The position numbers were made by a program, and so were the translations under genes. DNA of 64,000 nt from Eledone cirrhosa. Lineage: Eukaryota. Location of the stretch: contig OZ024742.1 in NCBI GenBank assembly GCA_964016885.1, forward strand, positions 173,166,001-173,230,000, written 5' to 3'. Positions 13,428-26,575 of the stretch are shown here, in pieces (the stretch's first letter is position 1; every line of letters starts with the position of its first letter). The notes below the pieces were generated by a model. That model did not search any database. It had not been told where the DNA came from and saw nothing but the letters and a program-made list of their open reading frames with translations.

Positions 13428-15242
13428 ATGGAGACGGAAAGACGAAATGAAATTGTAAAAACAAATTCATATCCAAACAACACAAATGACACCAAACAGT
13501 ACAATGACAACAACAATAACAACAACAACACCAATAATGATGATAAAAACAACAATGACAACAACAACAAAGAAAAAAATAAAAACGACATCAATAATAC
13601 CAGCATCAAAGACAACAACAACACCAAGGAAAATACTAACAATATCAACATCAGTGACAATAATAACAACAACAATAACAACAATAATGACAACACCACC
13701 AGCACGGATAATTGCACAAAGAAACCGAAAAATCTCCTTTGCACAGACAGTTCAGAAAAAGGAGGAACTGACATATCTCGACATAAGAAATGCCGAACAA
13801 CTTTTAAAGGACGCTAGGAGATATGTTACTTTCGAAAAGAATGGTGCTTTCAGCATCAATTCTCCGGTAGAAATTCGCAAGGAAACTGCTCTCAAAACGA
13901 TAATTTTTAGGACAGTTTCCAATTCTACCCGAAAACCAGTCCAATTGTCACAGAAAGAAATTGAGTGGTTTTCAAAATTTCAATGAATGATATTTCATTC
14001 ATTCAAAGAAGCAAACTCTTTGGGAGTATTTCGGTACTCATGAAGGATCAATTGACGTCCCAAAATTACTCTGTGTCGCCAATTGTATCCAACCTGTATA
14101 CTTTTTCCCTACATACATGGGAAAAAGGACACGAAAGATTAGAATCACGAGTGTCACACCAAGGGTAAACATATGGTGGATACTGTGCGGCTTCATCAAT
14201 TTTGATGAAGACAGAATACTTTCTGTAGGAAATTCCTCCAGAGATGTATTCAATGGGAATAGCGTTGAAATTCTGGTACAAATGAGCCCAGAGCGAATAG
14301 CTATGATCCCACAACGTGTACTCCTGGACGGACCCACTTACATAAACTTTTCGGTTGAGGGTAGGCAGCCTTCATGTTACCACTGCTTTTGCAGGGCTCA
14401 CCTGAGGGCTTCATGTCCTAAATTAATGAGTCAAAAAAAGAATCTTCTGCCGACACCAATCAAAATAACACCACCACCAACAACAACAACACCAACAAAT
14501 AAAAATAACCACAACAAACATAGTCCCACCCAACCGCACTCCACCTAAAACCACTGCAAAATCGCATACAGACACAACAGCTCACCAAGACATACCCCTC
14601 CCCAATCACACAGACGATACAACAGATGAGGCTATCTCGCCATCACCCAGTGAAGACGAGGGAGAACCCCTTCGCTCGAAAAGAAAGAAAAGTCATCACA
14701 AAAGCAAAAAAACAGTAAACACTACCACAAACATACAACCACCAACACAAACAACAGAAACATCACAAACAAAACCCCAACCTCCTGAAATCAAAATACC
14801 TACAACAAAACGAAAGCACACACAAGAACTACAGACAAAAACAAACACAACACCAGAAAATTACACTTACACTTACATAAACACTGAACATAAAACACTA
14901 ATGGAGACCATCACCAACAAACCTTCGGTTTTCACCGAAGGGAAAACTTTCGCCCACTCTGTTAAGAATAACAAAAAACTGAACCTAAAACTGATTAGGG
15001 TCCCTATACAAACTTATAGGTCCCTAAAAGAAACATTTGAAAAGGATGTGGGGAATTACTGCGGAAACTACTTAACCACGTGCTTCTCAAATATCTCCCC
15101 ACCCAGACACCCCCGTCCCACCAGACCCCACCCCACCAAACATCTCCGTCCCCACCCCGCCGGAAACCACCACCCACCCAGACAACCCCTCCAACACCGC
15201 CATGGCAATCGTGCAGCCTTGTCCACAGGAAACGAAGGGTGA
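13428..15242 (+). pseudogene. Tx1 ORF1 (gag-like), fragmented
   Basis: Thr/Asn-rich low-complexity segments and a zinc knuckle at about 14374-14415, split over several frames. Confidence 0.7.
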
Positions 15243-15279
15243 GTGATGTATTTTCCTCTTTTAACTTTTCAGCATCAAC

Positions 15280-18200
15280 ATGGCCAATATAAGCGTTGGA
15301 TGTGTGAACGTACGCGGCCTGGGGATGCCTTGGAAACAGGGCAAACTCTTACACGACCTCAGGTCGCACAGTATGGATGTAGTAGCCATTTACGAATCCA
15401 TGATCCACAGCGAACGACAGGTAGCCCCCATCATCGATGACTTTGAGATCTACGCATCTCTCTGTCTGCCGGCGGTGGGGGCGGGGTTGTCGTTTTGCTG
15501 CAAAAACGCCTGCGCCTCGTAACACAGACGGCACATCTGGACCCGGAGAGTCGAATGGTGGTCCTAGACGTTGACGGTAGTGAAGGTGGAGCCTTCAGGC
15601 TGGTGGCTGCATATGCCCCATCCGGTGAACCGCGGCCAGACTTCTTCAACCGTCTAGATATTTTTCTGGGAACATCCCGCTCCTTGCTTTTAGTGGGGGG
15701 ACTGGAATGGAATCTTAGATGCATGTTGGGACTATGTGGGAGCATGTCCCTATACAGGGGGGTGTAACAGCTTCAAATAGTTAATCGACCGATTTGACTG
15801 GCCGATAGATATCGACTAGATTTTCCGACTGTGCCACTGTGGACGTGGCAGCGGAACCTCTAGATCGTACCTAGATAGGGTTCTAGTTAAAAATAAGGAT
15901 AGGGTCATGTTAAGCTGTCCACAAATGTTCATGGTTGCGTATTCAGACCACAAACTAGTGACCTGCATGGCCAACCTTGATAGAACCCATAGACAAGGAC
16001 CCGACTACTGGAAGCTAAACTTGTCGTTACCGACATGCAAAGCCTACAGTAGACGGATTAGCACTTTAGTTAAACAGCACTTCACAGGGGCCATTTTCAA
16101 CAACAGATGGTGGTACTCTCTCAAGAGGGCAGTTAGATTAGACACGTTAGTTTTTAGTAAAGAATTAGCGTTAGATAGAAATAGAAACGAGAAGGAACTG
16201 GTAGAAATAGAAGAGGCAATTAGAAGTGGCAACGTAGCCAGTCTGCTAGCAATGAGAACGGCCTTGGAACAGTTCTTCGATGCAAAGCACGAGAGCTGCG
16301 TTGTCAGAAGCAAAATAGTGCTCTGGGAAACTAAGGAGCCAAAGCTGTTAGCTGGGCCCGAGTGACAGAGGCAAAAAGTGGCAACAAGTCCACGATTCGG
16401 TTTTTGAAGGACCGAAACAGACGCGTGATACGTGAGCCGGAGCAGATGTGTGCGGCCTTTCAGCGACACTTTGCTCAACTGTTCAGGCAGTGCGGTGCGC
16501 CGGGAAGGGCTATGGATTTCGGACCATACATCGACGGCCTACCGTGACTCTCGGACAGCGATACAAAGGTCTGCAAAAAGCCGATTTCAGCCGCTGAGAT
16601 AGGGGATGCGCTGAGCCAATGCGGCAAACGCAAATCTCCAGATCTCGACGGTCTACCCTACGAATTTTACGTAGCAATGCCGGACTTATTCTCCGGTCTC
16701 CTGGAAACGGTCTCCCGCAACTGGCAACAGAACCGGAGAATTCCCAGTTTTGTGACCGGGGGTGTATTCACACTAGTCAGGAAGGACGAGAATAAGTGGG
16801 ATGACATAGGCAACTTCCGGCCCATAACTCTACTAAACACAGAATTACAGATTTTGGCCAAGGTGTTCGCAAAGAGGCTGGCGCTAGTCGTCGATAACCT
16901 GGTGGGGGAAGCGCAGACATGCGCAATCACGACCAGGTCCATACACGACAACCTCCACCTCGTGCGATACATCATAGAGAGGGTAGGGGGTAAACCCGGC
17001 TTCGGTGGGGCCCTGATCAACTTGGATCTGTTTAAGGCTTTCGATAGGGTTGACCATTGTTAACTGGATGCGGTGGTCGAGGCGGCAGGCTTCGGACCCG
17101 TGTTCAGGGTCTGGATTGCTGCAATGCACAACAGCAACATCTGCTCAAGGGTCAAGGTGAACGGCTACCTCTCGGAGCCGTTCCATATCACGCGATCCAT
17201 TCGACAGGGATACACTCTCTCCTCCCTTCTGTACGTACTAACTCTCGAGCCAATACTGCGGAAGTTGGAGCTATTGCAGGGCATCCCTCTGGAACCGGGA
17301 CTGCGGAAAGCAGCGTCGACCTACGCGGACGACGTGACAATAACGGTGTCGAGAGCCTCGCAGATCGAGGAAGTCGGCACCTTACTGAAGGAATACGAAT
17401 GTTTCACAGGAGCGAAGCAATACCGGGACAAGTCTATCGGTTTGCAACTCGGATCGTGGAGAAGCAAACCGATGCCCTCCGGTGGCGTCGTCGGGCGCTG
17501 GACGGAAGGACCGGTAAAGCTGCTCGGGGTCTGGTTTGGTTCGAATCTCCAGGTGGAGAAGAACTGGAACGGGTGACGGCCAAGGTGTTGCACTCACGCT
17601 GAAGTGGGCCGAGTGCAAACTATCCTTGAAAGGTCATGCAGAGGTGGCGAACACTTTTATAGCGTCCGACATCTACGACCGCTTGACCGTCATGCCTGCT
17701 CCAGCCAAAACCCACACCAAAATGGAGCGCGCGCTCTTCCAATTCATTTGGAAGAGGCGGGCTCATTTGGTGAGAAGATCTATCTGCTGCCAAGACCCTT
17801 CCAACAGAGGGCTGGGGATGCCGTGGCTGACGATGCGCAAACACGCACTCAGGCTACGGCATCTCTACGTATTCCCCACCGGACAACCGGTGTGGGCCCC
17901 GTTCGTGAGGCCAATCTTCCCACGACTCGTCTCGCTGACCGAGCTGCAGTCTGGGTCAAGCAAAGACTGAGGAAAATGGGCGACTGGCATATCGAATGTG
18001 CTCAGGCGCCCACATCCCTCTGGCAGGCGGACCCGGCGATCAGTGGAGACTCCACTGCGTCATTCTATAGAGGGTTGATACGCAGCAAGTGCGATGACGC
18101 TCTAAGTGAAACTCTAGGCGTAGAGGAAGATGAACTGACCAGTCTGTTCGGTAGGACCTTCCGCCTGGGATCGATGGACAACTTCCAAAAGTCCCTGGCC

Positions 18201-18699
18201 TGGCAGTGCTACCGAGGAACTCTACCAGTTTGAGACAAGGTCTACAGATATGGGCGCCGGGCAGGGACCCTGCAAAAAAGATCTGTCCGAGGTGCGTGCG
18301 AGACCAAGAGACCGTCGCGCACCCATTCATACACTGCCCGGGCGTCACCGACCTCTGGAGCTATGTAGAACGACTATTGTCGCGGGTGGGACCAATCCGG
18401 TTGACCATCGAGTCCATTGTCATGATCAAACCACCACCGTCCTTCAAAACCGAAGGAGAGGCGGTTTTCTTTTGTGTGATAGCTATGGCGAAAGAGGTTG
18501 TATGGTGGACAAGGTTGAAAGGGCTGAGGTCAGACACCTTTCTCTCCGGCCAACAACTGATTCTTTTTTTCAAATACCACTTTGGAAGAAGAATCAGGAT
18601 GGTGAGAGAAGTGCTGTAACCCAGCAAGTTTATGAAAGGCGGGTAAAAGTGGCGAGAATGGCACGAGTGAATGGGCCTTCTCTCTATATCAGCCTGTAG
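15280..18699 (+). pseudogene. Tx1 ORF2 (APE endonuclease, RT, zf-RVT), fragmented
   Basis: Consecutive ORFs at 15280, 15495, 15907, 16362, 16677, 17073, 17536, 17604 and 18206 carry the motifs in the expected order. Confidence 0.92.
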
Positions 18700-19322
18700 G
18701 TTGAGGAAAAGGAGGAGGAGAGCAAGGGAGTACAAACTCTTCGTACTCCTGGAGATGAGGGTTGCACATGTTATCGGGGGATGTGTTACCCATATGATCT
18801 GTCTCCCCCTATTGGGCAAAATCGACTAAATTTTAAATTGCATTTGTGATAATATTTTACACGTTTTTATTCTATGTAAACTTCCCTCTTTGTATTTGTC
18901 CCCTTCTTTTGTACCCCTGTGGCTAAGAAAGAAACATATCTATCTATCTATTTATCTATCTATCTATATATCTTGCTATCTATCTATCTTTCTTATTGAC
19001 TACGAAATTAATTCAATTTCTTTACCTGTAATTCACGCTCCATATGAAACAACCCTTTTATTATATATGTAATACTCTGATTTATTATATTTGGAATTAT
19101 TTCACATTTCTAAAGATGAAAACAACACAACCAAAAAAGAGTCAATAGAGGCCGGATAACTGGAGGCAGGCTCAGTGAAAAGCTAAAACAGACAAATAGA
19201 GAAATACTCGTAATTGTTTTATCTAAACAACTCGATATTTATTGTAATAAATATCTACGCACTACAGACACTCCCAACATCAGATATTTTTAAAATTCTT
19301 TGACAAAGTATACTAGACAAGA

Positions 19323-19353
<31 letters not shown>

Positions 19354-19357
<4 letters not shown>

Positions 19358-19413
19358 AACCTGTAAGACCCCGACGGCTGAGCTCAAGCCGTTTCGACGG
19401 CTAATTCTGGACT

Positions 19414-19444
<31 letters not shown>

Positions 19445-19571
19445 TACCCGTCGAAACGCCTTGAGCTCAGTCGTCGGCGACTTACTGGTTCCTATTACCC
19501 ACTCTACTACCCTAAGTATTGAGTATTTTGTTGAGTTATGGTCCACCTGGTTCCTTACCACATTTCCTTCG

Positions 19572-19575
<4 letters not shown>
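19354..19575. mobile_element. Family B fold-back element with a poly(A) spacer, in (TA)n
   Basis: 19354-19413 is inverted relative to 19443-19495; an A-run occupies 19414-19441. Confidence 0.8.
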
Positions 19576-19628
<53 letters not shown>

Positions 19629-20116
19629 CATACATATATGGTGGCTGCCAACTCGTTTTCGAGTACGGCCACTACTTTATATCCATGTAGGAGAACCCCT
19701 ACCGATGCGCTGAACGAGTGTGACATTTTAGTCCAGCCAGCGACTTTAAAACTCTGGTACAATTGTGACAATTATTGACACATAGTGCTGGGCCCATGGT
19801 ACCATGTAGACGACAAGTGCAGAGAGATCTCCAGATATAAAGCAATGCCTGTGCTGTGAAGCTTTTATAGTGAGCAAAGGCACTGCACAAACCCAGTCCC
19901 ACTCTCTTAACCAAGATGATATCGACCAAAAAGAAGAACAAGTCAATATCATTGGACACCATCAGGGTTGCAGGTGTTATATCAGAGGTTACATACATAC
20001 ATACATACATATATCGATACATACATACATACATACATGATGGCTGCCCTCTCGTTATCGAGTATGGCCATTGCACGAGAAGAAAAAAAAAATGATAATA
20101 ATAATAAATAAATTTA

Positions 20117-20203
<87 letters not shown>

Positions 20204-20368
20204 TATTTAGAAACACACAGATACATGCGGACACACACATATATACATGAATGCATCCGCACCCAACAGTGAGTTAAGGGTGCCAACTTCACCGATGTTG
20301 CTCAATGAATGACTGGGACAGACCAATCCAGTTGAACTAGACTGAACCAGTATCAGAGTTAAAAATAC

Positions 20369-20948
20369 ATTATGAAGAGAGAAGAAACATTTAGATATAA
20401 TTAGTAATAAAATGTATCATACCTAAACTGCTTCTAAATTCCTCGACTACGTAGTTTCATGGCATAAACAAAAACAATATATCATAAAGATATAGAGTCC
20501 TTGCGAGGTCTGCCGACTTATCAAGAGGATACCTCATTTTACTAGTCTCAAGAACGCGTCTACACGACGTGAGAAAGAATCCCAAAAGGCGGAGGGGGAG
20601 ATAGTCACGCGATATAACGGTCGAGAAACAGAGCTAAGCCTCTTATAACCCCGAAGAAAATACCACGGTTATAAGAGGCTTAGCTCTGTTTCTCGACCGT
20701 TATATCGCGTGACTATCTCCCCCTCCGCCTTTTGGGATTCTTTCTCACGTCGTGTAGACGCGTTCTTGAGACTAGTAAAATGAGGTATCCTCTTGATAAG
20801 TCGGCAGACCTCGCAAGGACTCTATATCTTTATGATATATTGTTTTTGTTTATGCCACGAAACTACGTAGTCGAGGAATTTAGAGGCAGTTTAGGTATGA
20901 TACATTTTATTACTAATTATAACTAAATGTTTCTTCTCTCTTCATAAT
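20369..20948. mobile_element. Near-perfect palindrome (282 bp arms, 16 nt spacer) with an HHR in each arm
   Basis: 20369-20650 is the reverse complement of 20667-20948, with about 3 mismatches. Confidence 0.95.
20788..20877 (+). ncRNA. Hammerhead ribozyme with U3-A8 core variant (mirror copy 20440-20529, minus)
   Basis: TCCTC-TTGATAA-GTCGGCA...TGCCAC-GAA-ACTACGTAGT-C-GAGGA. Confidence 0.7.
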
Positions 20949-21137
20949 ATATATATATATATATATATACATACATATATACATACACACATACATACAC
21001 ATACACTCACACATATACACACACATACATTAATAACAATAATAATAATAATAATAGCAATAATAATAATAACGACAACAACAATAATAATATACATATT
21101 CATATATATATACACACACACACGCACTCACATGAGC

Positions 21138-21187
<50 letters not shown>

Positions 21188-21189
21188 TA

Positions 21190-22618
21190 GCAACTAACAG
21201 TGCTGCAATCGAATGTGGCTTTTTAGCCCAGCCAATGATCTAAAATGTCTTGCACAGAGTCGGCAACCAAAACATTCACTGGGAATAGTCGGCTGTGGCT
21301 GGAGTTCGTGTACTTTTGCATGTCGCTTGAGCCCTCCTGCTGATTTACATTCTCTACCACAGTTTGGCAAGCATGATGAGTAGCATCTCCAACAGCAGCC
21401 TGGTAGTCAACCACTGGTCTTACTTTATGACTGCGAAGATGAATTTCGAGTCTAGCTTTGCTTAGGCAGAGTCTCGCACAGACGCAGCATGTCAGCACCA
21501 TAGGAGGACCCTCGCCGTCTCGAAGTGCAACAGCAATGCCCTTCCTCACGTCCCGCTTTACTTTCTCGTGTGCGATTCGAGATGCCTCAAAGGCAAATTT
21601 TCCCTCATATACAGTCTTTCTCCATTTATTACGATCAGCAGCAATATGTTCCCATGAATCAGCAGAGATGTTAGCGTCTTTCAGAGAGGCTTTTAAGGAA
21701 TCCTTATACCTCTTTTTTGGTTTATGTGGCGGTCGTTTTCCTTTAACCAACTCTCCATAGAAGAGTTGTTTTGGTATTCTAGACTCCTTCATCCTGGCAA
21801 GGTGACCACTCCAACGGAGTCGTTGCTTAATCACAAGAACTTCTATACTGTCACACATAGAGCTTTCCAAAATCTCGACATCACTGATGTGGTCCCTCCA
21901 GTGAACGCCATGGATCCGTCTGAGACACATCTGATGGAAACGCTCCAATTGCTTAAGGTGGAGTCGATATGTGACCCAGGTCTCGCAGGCATAAAGAAGA
22001 CAAGAGAGTACACATGCCCTGTACACCTTTACCTTTGTCCTCCTGCATATGTCTCGCCGACCCCAGAGTCGCCTTTCTAGCTTTCCGAAAGCATCACTTG
22101 CTTTCCTAATCCTAAGTGAGATTTCACTGTCAAGGTTGCCGTATCGATTGACAGTGCTTCCCAGGTAGACAAACTGATCAACCACTCCAAGTCGTTTGCC
22201 ATACACATAGATGTTTGGTTCAGTGTACTGCTTACTAGGGGCAGGTTGGTACATGACGACGGTTTTCTTGAGACTGACAGTCAAACCCAGGGCAGTGCAA
22301 GCGTCAGAAAATGCATTCAAAATGTGCTGCATATCACTCTCTGTGTGCGCTACAAGATCGCAATCATCTGCATACAAGAGGTCTCTTATGACTGATGTAA
22401 ATACTTGTGTCTTCGCAGCAAAGCGCCTGATGTTAAATATGCTGCCTGAGGTTCGATATCGGATGTAAACACCATGCTGGCAATTCCTGAATGCAATACA
22501 GAAAACCATTGCAAAGTATATGGCAAATAGGGTCGGTGCTGGAATATCCCCCTGTTTCACTCCATTTTTTACTGAGATATGCTCCGACATGTTACCTCCG
22601 ACATTAACCCAAGTCTTC
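21190..22618 (-). mobile_element. 5'-truncated RTE-clade (BovB-like) LINE with an open RT C-terminal half
   Basis: GVKQGDIPAPTLF, LLYADDCDL, FVYLGS, YACETW, LRWSGHLARM, PKQLFYGEL. Confidence 0.93.
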
Positions 22619-22812
22619 ATACATACATACATACATACATACATACATACATGCATGCATGCATGCATGCATACATACATACATACATACATACATACAT
22701 ACATACATACATACATACACACACACACATACACACACACACACATACATACATACATACATACATACATACATACATACATACGTACATACATACATAC
22801 ATACATACATAC

Positions 22813-24382
22813 AATTGGACCTCATTACACAATTTTCAACCGACATCAAAATGAAATTTGGTGAGTCCAAGTGTGGTAATTTGGCAGTAAAACATGGAAG
22901 AGCTGTGCCCTCCTCTAGAAATCTAGAGATGAACGGCCTGCCAATACAACCTCTGTAGTCAGGTGACAACTACAGATATCTTAGACAGGATGAGAATGTC
23001 AGATATGATATACCCATAAATAAGGAGAGAACCAGAACTGAATACCTCAGAAGAGTAAAGAAAATATGGTCTTCAGAACTGTCAGCATACAACACATCAA
23101 CACATACATTGCCCACAATACTTATGCTGTGCCAATTCTAACGCCAACATTTGGCCTACTGAACTTGTCATTGCAAGAACTAAGTGAGATGGATGTTAGA
23201 ACTCGAAAACTTCTCAGTGTTACTGGGAACTTTAACATCAATGGTGATGTGGATAGGCTATACTTCTCACGCAAGGAAGGTGGCCGGGGTCTAAAATCAA
23301 TATTAACAACATATGAGACCCGGATAGTAACACTGAAGCAACACCTTCACCAGAGGAAAAAGGTTGGCAACCATCTTGCCCAGGTTTATGACCATGAAAA
23401 AAGAAATATCATTAGAATAGCGACTGATCTGGAGGAGAGATATGGAATAAAGCCTGATATAAATCTCTCACCCAGAGAAATCGGAAGATCCTATTCAATG
23501 TTCAAACAAGATAAACAAATTGACCAATTTACAGAAAAAGTTGTGCATGGATACTTGAGGCGTAACACACAGACCATAGAGGGGATAAACCACTCAAAAA
23601 GCATGGCATGGAGTTCAGACAAGTTTATGACATCACACCTTGAGGGATATCTCTATGCAATACAGGAACAAGAACTCCCTACCAAATATCTGCTGCACAA
23701 AAGAGGAGGACCAGCAGCTGACAATAAATGTAGGCTATGTAAAACAAAGATCGAGGATGTAAGCCACATTGTTGCCATCTGCGAAAGAATGTCATATCGC
23801 TACTACCTCCCCATGAGACACGATGGGATAGCTAGAACCATCTGGAACGCACTTCGGAAAACAAAATTAACAACAAACGAGGAAGAATATATTGAGACAG
23901 ATGGCACTAAGGAATACTGGTGGAACCTGAAAATAAAAACTGCCACCAAATTAAAGCACAACCGGCCTGATATTGTAGTTTGGGCCCACACATTGAAAAC
24001 GTGTTCTGTTGTGGAGATCAGCTGCCCACTTGATGTAAACGTTGTCAGAAAAATACAGGAGAAGGAGGACATCTACGGACCATTGATGAGGAGTTTACAA
24101 ATCCAGTATCCAAGATACACCTTTAGCTTCATACCCATCATTATTGGTGCTACGGGTTATATACCAACCCGCTTGGACCAAAGTATGACTGAACTTGGAT
24201 TTGCGGACAAAAAGCGCAGCTCCCTAATTCATAGTCTACAAATGGCTGCGATAGCTGGAACCTTCAAAATTTACAAAACATTCTTGCGATTCAAGGGATG
24301 ACAATTTCTTTTCTTTTACAACCTTGCCACCAGGAAGGTGGCCGGTCAAAAAAATATACTCGAAATTAAGAGAAAGAGAAAA
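22813..24382 (+). mobile_element. 5'-truncated R4/Dong-like RLE retrotransposon embedded in (TACA)n
   Basis: RLYFSRKEGGRGL, AIQEQ, CRLC..EDVSHIVAIC, RHD, RPDIVV..VEISCP, IPIIIGATG. Confidence 0.92.
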
Positions 24383-24405
24383 CATACATACATACATACA
24401 TACAT

Positions 24406-24464
<59 letters not shown>

Positions 24465-24858
24465 TACATACATACATACATACATACATACATACATACA
24501 TACATACATACATACATACATACATACATACATACATACATACATACATACATACATACATACATACATACATACATACATACATACATACATACATACA
24601 TACATACATACATACATACATACATACATACATACATACATACATACATACATACATACATACATACATACATACATACATACATACATACATACATACA
24701 TACATACATACATACATACATACATACATACATACATACATACATACATACATACATACATACATACATACATACATACATACATACATACATACATACA
24801 TACATACATACATACATACATACATACATACATACATACATACATACATACATACATA
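24383..24858. repeat. (TACA)n microsatellite, about 475 bp
   Basis: Read directly from the sequence. Confidence 0.99.
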
Positions 24859-25219
24859 GAAGCAAGAAAGAACGAAGTCCAGTTTGCACTATAAATGAAC
24901 TTTATCGCATTTGACAATGTTTCGAAATCATTCAGTCTGTGGTTCGATCATAATTTTCAGGCCTTACCTTTGCACTGCCATCTCATCATATTTAAACCCT
25001 GTACGTTACAGCGGCCTTAACCCTAGTCTACACTGAAGGAAAAAAAGCCGCATGTTCTTTTTACTACCGTGCAATCCATATATATATATATTATAGAAAT
25101 AACATCTACATGGCTGGAACTATTTCATTCGTATACTTAAACTCAACTAATGTATTGAGTAAGTTATTTGTGTTTACTTCCCGATATCCTTTTGGATACT
25201 ATCTTTACGCATATATTTA

Positions 25220-25436
25220 AAGGAACGATCGACGTTCGTCAAATCGGACCCAGGGAACAATGTTTCCGTTGGTCTTTCCAATTGCTAATACAATCTATCG
25301 GTCGCAACTCCAGGTAGCAGGAGCAACGTGAAATAAAGTGTCTTGCTCAAGGCCATAACGCATCGCCTGCTCCAGGAATCGAACTCACAACCTTACGATT
25401 GCGAATCCAATTCTCTAAACACTCAGCCACACGCCT
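25220..25436 (-). mobile_element. tRNA-derived SINE, family 2 (CORE/Meta-like central domain)
   Basis: Minus strand GGCGTGTGGCTGAGTG...GAGTTCGATTCC...CCTTGAGCAAGACACTTT; second copy at 28182-28396. Confidence 0.85.
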
Positions 25437-25648
25437 TCATATATGTATATATATATATTTATGTATACGTACATACATATATGTATACAGACGTACAATA
25501 GTGTGTGTATATATATATATATACATACATGCATGTATCGGTTTAACGAACATTTATTATAATGCTCGGTTACAAACAATCAGCCCGAATTATGCCGTAC
25601 AGTGTTTAAGGCAAGCACGTCACCTTTTTGTTTAACACTGACACAGGA

Positions 25649-25691
25649 ACGATGTACTAGTTTCAAGCTTATTAGCTATCGTCAACATCGT
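25649..25691 (-). ncRNA. Minimal hammerhead ribozyme, family C
   Basis: ACGATG-TTGACGA-TAGCT(AATA)AGCTT-GAA-ACTAGT-A-CATCGT. Lies in element 25540-25930, homologous to 42700-42970. Confidence 0.75.
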
Positions 25692-26492
25692 ATACCTTCC
25701 TGTAAGATGTTTGAACGTCTGAAAGTATATACTTTCCTTATGCATATTAACGGCTGAGCAGCCTAATTTGCATATCGAGTGAGTTTAGTCGGCCGGGCGC
25801 ACCGAAAACGATAAATGGAATAGAATGAAACGAAATTTCATTTCTAACGTCTGTATACATATATGTATGTACGTATACATACATACATACTTATATTTAA
25901 GTAACTGTCGTACTAAGAGTGAGAAATGGAATAACAATATCTTATACATGTAATTGAAATGTCCTCATTTTTTCACAATATACAAATCACCCAGGGACGC
26001 CGGAACACAGATTATATTTCCAAGGTTTTGAATCTGTGGGTATGTAAATAATGTGTATGTAAAGAACAGTTCTGCATTGTGTGCGCATGTAACTGAATAT
26101 ACAGTCACCAGAGAAAGCGAAGTTTCAATTTCATGATTCCTTTATTCGATTATTCTTTTGCTTTTTTTTTCTCTCAGTAAACTTTGAATACGTCATTCCC
26201 ATTTATTTCAATTTTTAATTTGATATTTATTTTTCCAATTGTCTTTGTCGAATGACTAGATTGCGTGACACAAATATATACACGTAGACAAGTGTACGCG
26301 AAATCACGCATAGAAACTGCGTACGCACGTATTTACATACACATACTACACACAAAGTATATACAATGTTGACTAGTTTCATTAAAGAGGACTATATGAC
26401 CTGTTATTTGACTATTTTTTTATAGTAAATATATCCCATGAATATTCTAACTTTCTCTTGAATTCATTAGATGTGGCTGTTGCATGACATAC

Positions 26493-26575
26493 ATGGCTTA
26501 TGTATAAGGTGCTTCCTTCCCCTTCTAAATCAAGGTCCCCATGTTTGCACTGGTCGTAAAGCTGGAGGGTCATCC
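26493..26575 (-). CDS. Candidate exon 2 of a TRPM-like gene (GMTLQLYDQCKHGDLDLEGEGSTLYISH)
   Basis: catttag|GG acceptor and CAT|gtatgt donor. Phase-compatible with the exon at 50287-50386. HGDLDLEG resembles TRPM 'FGDI.F.G'. Confidence 0.5.

Larger units (their letters stand above)
13140..18935 (+). mobile_element. Near-full-length Tx1/L1-clade LINE (frameshifted), flanked by (TATC)n
   Basis: ORF1 remnants with a CCHC knuckle (CYHCFCRAHLRASC). ORF2 motifs: VNVRGL, SDHKLV, YWKLN, NFRPITLLN, LDLFKAFDRVDH, YADDVT, CPRC..ETVAH.FIHC. Confidence 0.93.

Noticed and set aside
25360-25436. tRNA gene
   Set aside because: The A/B boxes continue into a SINE body present in several copies, and there is no closed cloverleaf.
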